This document shows, one piece after another, positions 16,590-23,172 of a stretch of 23,172 nt of DNA; position 1 is the stretch's first letter; every line of letters starts with the position of its first letter. Made by a program: the position numbers and the translations under genes. The notes below the pieces were generated by a model. It was given only the letters and a program-made list of their open reading frames with translations. It was not told where the DNA came from and made no database searches. The DNA lies in assembly GCA_046758445.1 (NCBI GenBank), contig JBHIAE010000044.1:1-23172 (forward strand). Direction: 5' to 3'. Origin of the DNA: Candidatus Thorarchaeota archaeon (GTDB taxonomy: Archaea > Asgardarchaeota > Thorarchaeia > Thorarchaeales > Thorarchaeaceae).

Positions 16590-18512
16590 CTATCTATATC
16601 TGACATACCAGACTGCGATTCCGACAAGAATGACCGATGCCACACTGATTCCAGCGACCATGATAATCGTGAGAGCGACCGAAACTGTTACTGTCACAAC
16701 CACAGTGCTGGTCGCAGAGTTTCCTCCGATATCGTAGACTGTAAGGACAACCTCGTGCGTTCCAACCGAGATCGCGGCGAAGTCGAACTCTATGGTCTCA
16801 CTATCCCAAGTCTCATCCACCACGAGGATGTTGTCGACAGTAATAGTGTATGTTGCCATGAAGTCATCTGTGGCGGTCCAGTTACGAATGACAATTGCTA
16901 CTCCCTGCGGATATTCGAAGTCTGGTGGAGTGTAGGTAATTACAGGAGCGACATCGTCGTTCAACACGGTAACGAGCACATCATCTGTCGCGTTGTTTCC
17001 ACTTGTGTCATTGACAGACAGTTTGAAGACATACTGACCTATCGAGAGTCCATCAATCCCAATCACTATGACAGGAGAGTCAGGATTCACCGAGCCACTT
17101 GCATGTTCCTCACCATTGCGGGTGACTACGTACTTGTCAGGATAGTCATCTGTGGCATTCCAAGAGAGAGTGTGACCAGTTTCGGCGAAGACGAACTCGG
17201 TGTCTTCTGGACCCTCAATTGTTGGTGTCACATTCTCATATACTGTAACGACAACAATGTGGTCGGTAGGCTTGCTGTTCTGATCTGTTGCCGTAAGCTC
17301 GACTTCGTATTGGGCAATCTCAAAGCTAGGAACAGCATCTGTGAGGTTGAAAGTATACTCATAGGGTGTAACGTTCCAAGCCTGCGAGGCCTTCTCCACA
17401 CCGTTCACGAGTACACTGATAGCACTCGGGTATTCGTCCTCGAGTTGCCAAGTCAAAGTGACATTGGTTTCCCACAGTAGAACATCAAAGTCGCTGGGAC
17501 CTGTGACGACTGGAGCCCGAATGTCAAACGAAACGTCGGTTAGGTTGTATGTGTGAGGGCTAGCTCCGATATGAACGCCGATGTAGGTGATGCTCACGTT
17601 GATGTATGCGATGGGGAGATCGATGAAAAGGACTGTTCCGTTTGAGGGCGTAGTCTGTGCATCAATCTGCGTGCCATTGAAGAACGTGACATTCACGAGG
17701 ACCCCTTCAATCGCTGCAAGACTTGTTTCCATGTATGCGATTACTTCGAGGTCATAATAGTCAGGATCTCCAGCGATTTGGCTGAGCGTTTGGCGGGAGA
17801 ACTTCTGAGTACCATTGCTCTGGAAGTTTCCTGCAACAATCACCGTACCCAAGTAGTCACCAGAAGGCACAATGACTTGCCAAGTGTATGCCTCTTCGGG
17901 AATGTCCCAAAAGGTGACGCTCCCATTGGCCCCCAAGGTTGTTTCAGTGTAAACTGTGCTATTGCCTTGGAAGACTAATGTGAAATTGAGGCCTACCGCC
18001 GGAGCATCATTGATATCTAGGACTGTTGCCTCCAGATCGTCATCATCATCATCCCAGTCGATGTTCCCAACCTTGACACTTGCAGTTGCATCGGGACCAT
18101 CTGAAATTATAATACCCGTTTTGAACAACGAAGGGTCAAAGCCCCCTAGAGCAACTTCAAGTGTGACATTCCAAATGTAACTGTCCTGTGGGACGTCTAG
18201 GAACTCGCACCTGCCATCAGCCGGGCTAGTCAGCTTCGACTGGTAGAAGGATGTATTGGCGAAGTAGAGAGAGACATTTGCGTCGCCGATTATGTGTGTG
18301 TAATTGTAGACATGAAAGATGAAGTCATCATCATCATAGTCGTCGTCAAGGTTGTCTACAACGTCTGTCACAACGAGGTTGGTGTCTGCCAGCACGGCTG
18401 GGGTTTCAGTCACACGGATAATCTCATGTGGCACTTGCGATACTGGAGCCAATGCGCCAGCGAGGATTACGAAGGCTAGCAGAACTGCGAATGTTCCTCG
18501 TGCAACGCTCAT
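16590..18512 (-). CDS. Secreted, C-terminally membrane-anchored surface glycoprotein with 3 CnaB/carboxypeptidase-regulatory-like repeats and 3 Ig-like repeats
   Basis: N-terminal signal peptide and a C-terminal TM ending WYVRYR. Repeats APVVTGPSDF..W..ED, TPTIEGPED..WNATDD, APVITYTPPD..WTATDD. Many N-x-S/T sequons and acidic composition. Confidence 0.88.
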   Translation of the reverse strand: MSVARGTFAVLLAFVILAGALAPVSQVPHEIIRVTETPAVLADTNLVVTDVVDNLDDDYDDDDFIFHVYNYTHIIGDANVSLYFANTSFYQSKLTSPADGRCEFLDVPQDSYIWNVTLEVALGGFDPSLFKTGIIISDGPDATASVKVGNIDWDDDDDDLEATVLDINDAPAVGLNFTLVFQGNSTVYTETTLGANGSVTFWDIPEEAYTWQVIVPSGDYLGTVIVAGNFQSNGTQKFSRQTLSQIAGDPDYYDLEVIAYMETSLAAIEGVLVNVTFFNGTQIDAQTTPSNGTVLFIDLPIAYINVSITYIGVHIGASPHTYNLTDVSFDIRAPVVTGPSDFDVLLWETNVTLTWQLEDEYPSAISVLVNGVEKASQAWNVTPYEYTFNLTDAVPSFEIAQYEVELTATDQNSKPTDHIVVVTVYENVTPTIEGPEDTEFVFAETGHTLSWNATDDYPDKYVVTRNGEEHASGSVNPDSPVIVIGIDGLSIGQYVFKLSVNDTSGNNATDDVLVTVLNDDVAPVITYTPPDFEYPQGVAIVIRNWTATDDFMATYTITVDNILVVDETWDSETIEFDFAAISVGTHEVVLTVYDIGGNSATSTVVVTVTVSVALTIIMVAGISVASVILVGIAVWYVRYR

Positions 18513-18591
18513 CCCGTGTCACTCACAAAACGCTCGATGGGACGTTTCCGATACCCATCTCTCAAGTTGGCGGCGTCGAACCTTCAGGTTG

Positions 18592-18607
18592 CATAAAAGG
18601 ATTTTCC
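18592..18607 (-). promoter_or_regulatory. Candidate BRE/TATA promoter of the surface-protein gene
   Basis: Minus strand GGAAAATCC-TTTTATG, about 80 nt upstream of ATG 18512. Confidence 0.45.
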
Positions 18608-18804
18608 TTAGACTCTAGAATAACCCGGAATAATCTGCTCATCGTTCCGCCTCCGTTCTTTGGGTTCTTATCGGTGTGATTGACCATGTGTCAGTCATTT
18701 GTTGGATGACCCCTGTTTCCACGCTTACTACCCACTATTGACGGCGATGTGCTTATTGATAAGTTTGACAGTTCTTTCTATTGAACTAGACTAGGTGAAC
18801 TGGA

Positions 18805-19155
18805 ATGCTATGTAGATTGTGGAGAGGATGGACCACGCAAAGTAATGCAGACATGTATGAAGAAATCCTGAAGGACTTGATCTTCAAGGAGATTGAGGAA
18901 AGAAACATCGAGGGGTATGAACGTTTCCAATTATTCCGGAACGACAAAAATGATGAAGTTGAATTCATTACAATCATGTACTTCAAAACCCTCGAAGGAA
19001 TCAAGCAGTTTGCAGGAGAGGACTATACTCAAGCTTTTCTTCCTGAGAAAGAGAGAAAACTTCTCTCTAGATTCGATGAACGTGTCGAAATCATTGAGCT
19101 AAAGATCGACCAGGGGATTCAAGTAACTGAGTGTGAAAACCATCCGAAAGTTTAG
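18805..19155 (+). CDS. Antibiotic-biosynthesis-monooxygenase (ABM)-like dimeric alpha/beta barrel protein
   Basis: Family-like pattern RLWRGWT...ADMYE...EVEFITIMYF.TLEGIKQFAGEDY..A.LP...RKLLSRFDERV. SD GGTGA at 18794-18798. Confidence 0.8.
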   Translation: MLCRLWRGWTTQSNADMYEEILKDLIFKEIEERNIEGYERFQLFRNDKNDEVEFITIMYFKTLEGIKQFAGEDYTQAFLPEKERKLLSRFDERVEIIELKIDQGIQVTECENHPKV

Positions 19156-19167
19156 AGAGGAATAATC

Positions 19168-19323
19168 CTTGCGGGAATGTCGTCCTCAGATATCATTGTG
19201 GCCATCAACAAGGATCCCGACGCTCCAATCTTCGAGATTGCAGATTATGGAATTGTTGGTGACATATTCACAGTACTACCAGAAATCATCGATGCTGTGA
19301 AGAAAATCGAAGCTGAAAGATGG
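19168..19323 (+). pseudogene. etfA: 3' remnant of electron transfer flavoprotein alpha subunit (etfA/fixB)
   Basis: [41 protein letters not shown] is the conserved ETF-alpha C-terminus. The preceding GISGAIQH motif and everything upstream are missing (in-frame TAG at 19153). Confidence 0.88.
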
Positions 19324-19363
19324 AGGAACGTCCTCTATCTTCCATCCAAAGATCTCTTGGATG
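19317..19363. terminator. Two adjacent inverted repeats at the end of the etfA remnant
   Basis: AAGATGGAGGA-acg-TCCTCTATCTT (11 bp, one mismatch) and CATCCAA-N7-TTGGATG. Confidence 0.45.
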
Positions 19364-19570
19364 AAATCTGTGATTCACTGGAGCAAAAGATGCTCTCTCT
19401 TCTTCATAGTCCAAGTAGAGTATCATCATAAACTTCAACCGTGTTCATCCTCCCAATCAAGAATCTCTGTCTTTGTTGCAGCACGTACGTTCAAGGCTTC
19501 AATGACACTTACCATGTTCTCAACGCATTAGCTATCACTTCTCAGGCTCAGAAACCGAACACACTCGGGG

Positions 19571-20011
19571 TTATTTGGGGAAGAACTTCCTGTACGGAAG
19601 GAAGAGCCCCATAAGCGATAGACTTGTAATCGGGACCCACTGCAAAATCTGGAAGACATCACCAATATAGAAAGTGTTGAAGAGTCCAGTGCTCACTAAG
19701 AGAGCAGGCACTAACCACAGGGTGTACCAAGCCCACTTCTCTCCCTTCCGAAAGCCCGTTAGAGTTATCGCTAAGACAAAGAGGGACCAACTGACCTTGA
19801 GGAGACCCAGACTCCCGTATAGCCAGCGCACAAAGACCATGGCCACTGGACTCGACACCTCAAGCTCACTCAAGGACAAGTACAAGACAAGCTGAACGTC
19901 ACCTACAGCCAATTCGTGAGGAAGGAAGATTTGGTACAAGCCAACCACCACCCACAACAGGCTCAAAGCTAAGAACAATACCCACCCATACTTCTCATTT
20001 ACTCGCTCCAT
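19571..20011 (-). CDS. Hypothetical 4-TM membrane protein
   Basis: 146 aa, four hydrophobic helices, GFRKGEKWAW loop motif. Confidence 0.8.
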   Translation of the reverse strand: MERVNEKYGWVLFLALSLLWVVVGLYQIFLPHELAVGDVQLVLYLSLSELEVSSPVAMVFVRWLYGSLGLLKVSWSLFVLAITLTGFRKGEKWAWYTLWLVPALLVSTGLFNTFYIGDVFQILQWVPITSLSLMGLFLPYRKFFPK

Positions 20012-20296
20012 CAGAAAACCTCTGACACATGTTTCATTGGATTACTAAGCTGTTGCAGATGTGCGTTTATCATGGCTTCTTTTGAATAGTATGTAAGAGG
20101 GTTTTCATATCATGAGTAGTGTATCATTGCGAAATGCAGTGATGTTCATCCCTAGGGGATGGGAGAAGCAGAGTAGGAACATGAACTCATGTGTGTCACT
20201 GTTCCTTAAGGCTCACATTAGAGAGCAGGATACCGCCTCGTTTCCCGCTGAGTTAACATCTGTTTTCTAACTGAATTGATGACGGAGTTGGGAAGA

Positions 20297-20905
20297 ATGA
20301 GTGATGACGAAGAGTTTCTTGATGAAGAAGAGAAGAGATTTCTAAGAAAACACTGGAGAATGGCGATCGTATTTGCTGTGGTCTTTGTTGCAGCAACAAT
20401 CACAGCAATTCTTGTATTCCTTTGGGTAGTTGGTAATGCACAAGCAACAGGACTCGTGCCAAGTTTGCTTGGACAATGGTCAGTTGGCTATCTCATCACG
20501 TTTATTCTACATGTGATCTTCTGGGAACTTGCGTTTGTGGCGAGTTGGCTTATCGTTGTAGCTGCGGCAATCTACTTCCTATGGTACAAACAACTACCAG
20601 ATGAGGAGCGGGAAGGATGGGCCAACCGTGGCAGGCGTGAAGAAGGCGACGCTATCGGGTTCTTTGTTGCCGTGTTCTGGCTAATCATTGTTTGGATAGA
20701 TGGCCGGTGGGACCTTGCCTTTGAATCATGGACACTCAATGACTGGGTGTATTCATGGATCGCTGCAATCTTCTGGGTCTTCCTGGTCTTTGGCATCCCC
20801 GTGGCAATATACTTCCTGTATTGGATAAGCAAGGAGATGAAAGAGGAACCCCAACGTTCCACTGAATCTGTTGCAGAAGTTGTAGACGAGCCTTCAGAAG
20901 AATAG
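20297..20905 (+). CDS. Hypothetical 4-TM, Trp-rich membrane protein
   Basis: Four TM segments with acidic termini. ATG 20297 is preferred; 20276 and 20279 are alternatives. Confidence 0.8.
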   Translation: MSDDEEFLDEEEKRFLRKHWRMAIVFAVVFVAATITAILVFLWVVGNAQATGLVPSLLGQWSVGYLITFILHVIFWELAFVASWLIVVAAAIYFLWYKQLPDEEREGWANRGRREEGDAIGFFVAVFWLIIVWIDGRWDLAFESWTLNDWVYSWIAAIFWVFLVFGIPVAIYFLYWISKEMKEEPQRSTESVAEVVDEPSEE

Positions 20906-21004
20906 ACAGACGGAGGGTGATCGCCCGCCTCATAAGAGGTGGGTGGACACTCCTCTCACAGTGGTCCATGGAATGCCTTGCTTAACATCATAGTATCAGG
21001 GCTG

Positions 21005-21042
21005 AAGAAAAAGAGGAGAAGGAGACCGAGTTGTGGTCTCCT
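21005..21042 (-). terminator. Hairpin plus pyrimidine/T tract downstream of 21053-21418
   Basis: AGGAGACC-N7-GGTCTCCT (21020-21042), followed on the minus strand by TCTCCTCTTTTTCTTC. Confidence 0.6.
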
Positions 21043-21052
21043 GAAAGGGCGT

Positions 21053-21418
21053 CTATTGTTCCTCTAGGAGGAGTCCTGGGAGGATGATGAGGAATCCTGG
21101 AAGACTCCAACCAACAAATAGCAAAAGGATGCCAACAATAGTGAACCCGGTTCTGTGTGCCAGCGGATCTTTACGCCACATGTAGATGACCACCAGAAAT
21201 ATGGCTTGGACAAGGGCCAAAGCCATTACTGCAATCGGGATTGCCCATGGATAATCTGTAATGAACGCCAAGATAGTTGGGTCTGTAATGAAGGATCCTA
21301 CGTCTACATATGCAAAGGCGAGCCCAATCAGTGCTCCCCCGACTGCAAAGGCTATAGTAGTGAGGACAATGAAGATCATTGCAAACCAAAGTATCCTCTG
21401 TGCTGTTTCAACTCTCAT
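21053..21418 (-). CDS. Hypothetical membrane protein (3-4 TM)
   Basis: 121-aa hydrophobic ORF followed by a terminator-like hairpin. Confidence 0.75.
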   Translation of the reverse strand: MRVETAQRILWFAMIFIVLTTIAFAVGGALIGLAFAYVDVGSFITDPTILAFITDYPWAIPIAVMALALVQAIFLVVIYMWRKDPLAHRTGFTIVGILLLFVGWSLPGFLIILPGLLLEEQ

Positions 21419-21747
21419 TCTATGTTTCTCTCCTTATGTGGGGTTCTCGTTGCAGCCCACCCAACTAGCGCAAAACTCCTCCATCATAAGTATTCCTAAA
21501 GGACCGATTTGATAGGTCAAGTTTTTGCCGCACTCCATGGTGTAACCAATCAGTGCGACAAGTGCAGTACTTTGCAGGTCATGTTTGATTCTCTCTTTCA
21601 GTTCCTATCCGAGTTTCCAACAAGTTCAAGGTGTGAAACGACATCCGGGTCAAAAACCGGGAACGGATGTGGTCTGAATGAATAAGCGGTGGTTTACGGT
21701 GGTCATTGCCGTGGTGGAGATGTGCAACAAAAGGCCGCTCTCATACT

Positions 21748-22650
21748 TCAGGCTTGTCGAACTGTTATGACAATGTTTCCTCTTTTTCTTCCAGTGTCGA
21801 CGTATTTGTGCGCCTCGATAATGTCCTCCAAGGGGAAAATCCGATCTATGACTGGCTTGAGTTTGCCCTCCTCAATGAGCTCTCTGAGGAAGACTAGATT
21901 CTCAGCCTTCTCTTTGGTAGAAGAACTGGTAGAAAGGAATAGGCCTTTCTCCTTTAGCGCTCTATTGCTCTTTGAAGACGAGAGCTTCCTCACGGCGTCG
22001 AAAATGACATCATATGTTCTGCCACTTTGCGTGAAGTCCTCCGTCTCATAGTCGATCACGAAGTCAGCACCTAGAGATTTCACCATCTCAGAATTCCTTG
22101 CACTCGAAACACCAGTGACCTCAGCTCCCCAGTATTTGGCGAGTTGAAGTGCATAGGTTCCCACGCTTCCTGATGCACCATAGACAAGGACCTTCTGTCC
22201 GGTCTGTATGTTTCCCTTTCTAAGAATGTCGTATGCCGTATGTCCGCCTACTGGAACCGCGGCGGCTTCTTCGAAGGTCATATTTGTCGGCTTAATAGCT
22301 ACCATCGAATCTTCAGGCACACATATGTATTCAGCATGAGAACCCGAGTTCATTCCTGTAGATGCGAAAACCTCGTCGCCAGGCTTGAACAACGTTACTT
22401 CATTGCCGACTGATTCTACTTCACCAGCAAACTCATGACCCAATATCTTGTTTCTTCCAAGACCGCCCATAAAGAGACCAAACAGTATTCTGGATGCGAA
22501 ACCCATTCTTCGAAGCATTGCATCTCCAAACGTCACAGTTGTTGCGTTAATCTTCACAAGGAGTTCGTTGGCTTTTGGCATTGGCTTATCGATGTCGATG
22601 AGCTTCAGCCCTTCTGGTGGACCGTATTTCGAAACCACGGCTGCTTTCAT
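21748..22650 (-). CDS. NAD(P)-dependent medium-chain dehydrogenase/reductase (quinone-oxidoreductase-like, probably zinc-independent)
   Basis: MKAAVVSKYGPPE, ILGHEFAG, GASGSVG nucleotide-binding motif, LKPVIDRIFPL...GNIVI. No structural Zn cysteine loop. SD GAGGAGG. Confidence 0.92.
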   Translation of the reverse strand: MKAAVVSKYGPPEGLKLIDIDKPMPKANELLVKINATTVTFGDAMLRRMGFASRILFGLFMGGLGRNKILGHEFAGEVESVGNEVTLFKPGDEVFASTGMNSGSHAEYICVPEDSMVAIKPTNMTFEEAAAVPVGGHTAYDILRKGNIQTGQKVLVYGASGSVGTYALQLAKYWGAEVTGVSSARNSEMVKSLGADFVIDYETEDFTQSGRTYDVIFDAVRKLSSSKSNRALKEKGLFLSTSSSTKEKAENLVFLRELIEEGKLKPVIDRIFPLEDIIEAHKYVDTGRKRGNIVITVRQA

Positions 22651-22731
22651 AGGTTTCCTCCTCGACGAATGTCAAGTGTACTGTAACCTACACTTGCATT
22701 TCCCTTTTCTGCCAAGTGTTTAACAAGACTA

Positions 22732-23172
22732 CTACTTGAAGACAGTCATGAATTCCTTTCCTTGCTCTGTGTATGCGACAACACCCATCTGTTTGAGAAT
22801 CTCCAGGTTGTCATCAACCTCCCAACCCTCTACTAGTTTGCCATTCTTCAAGCGCCAGATGAAGACCATGTTCATCTCTACTTTGTTGCCCGTCGGTGGC
22901 ACTGAAACTCCAAACAGATTCCACTCGTTAGTATGCGTGCCCGTGGCCTTGATCCACACCCACACCTTGTCGCCTTCTGCTATGATGTCCTGAATCGCCT
23001 CGTACCAGTCGGGGAATCCTTCAAAGGCCATGGTGAACATCTCTTTGAACTTATCTCGACCTCTTTGATGGAATAGGTGATCGTAATAGTCTGGAGCCAC
23101 TAGCTCCTCGAAGACATCCATATTGCGGGTATTGTAGCCATCAATAAACTTGCGAATGATCGCCTTGTTCTC
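22732..23172 (-). CDS. SnoaL-like ester cyclase / NTF2-fold protein (5' end outside the window)
   Basis: Frame open to the window edge (ENKAIIRKFIDGYN...). Motifs GFPD, IIAEGDKV, ATGTH, PPTGNKV. Confidence 0.9.
   Translation of the reverse strand, partial: ENKAIIRKFIDGYNTRNMDVFEELVAPDYYDHLFHQRGRDKFKEMFTMAFEGFPDWYEAIQDIIAEGDKVWVWIKATGTHTNEWNLFGVSVPPTGNKVEMNMVFIWRLKNGKLVEGWEVDDNLEILKQMGVVAYTEQGKEFMTVFK

Noticed and set aside
16755-17480. 241-aa plus-strand ORF
   Set aside because: Antisense to the surface-protein gene, with no domain signal.
18030-18350. TCA/TCG trinucleotide runs as microsatellites
   Set aside because: They encode poly-Asp loops with mixed codons; coding repeats rather than independent DNA repeats.
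19324-19431. C-terminal extension of the 84-aa ORF 19177-19431
   Set aside because: It lies beyond the natural ETF-alpha end and is explained by a TAG-to-TGG stop loss.
1-23172. CRISPR array, tRNA/rRNA, transposase or integrase
   Set aside because: No regularly spaced repeats, cloverleaf or rRNA-like segments, or recombinase motifs were seen by eye.

Overview
Archaeal DNA, most likely an Asgard archaeon (Thorarchaeia-like). This is inferred from a Rab-like GTPase domain, an archaeal-type AsnRS, GGTGA/GGAG ribosome-binding sites, TATA-like boxes and an Ig-repeat surface protein. Left end: the C-terminal part of a protein carrying a degenerate Ras/Rab-like GTPase domain, a small C4+C2H2 zinc-finger gene and a membrane protein. 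Centre (1899-15141): a 13-kb MacB/LolCDE/FtsX-type (type VII) ABC cluster. It has two ATPases, one fused to an AbrB/MraZ-like domain, a small membrane protein, and two paralogous pairs of ~920-950 aa tandem-FtsX permeases. In the second pair one gene has a 1-nt frameshift in a G6 run and the other an in-frame TAG. Next come asnS and a 640-aa membrane-anchored repeat surface protein. Right end: a patchwork of small accessory genes (ABM-like, etfA remnant, three membrane proteins, MDR oxidoreductase, SnoaL-like). No rRNA, tRNA, CRISPR array or transposase was recognised.
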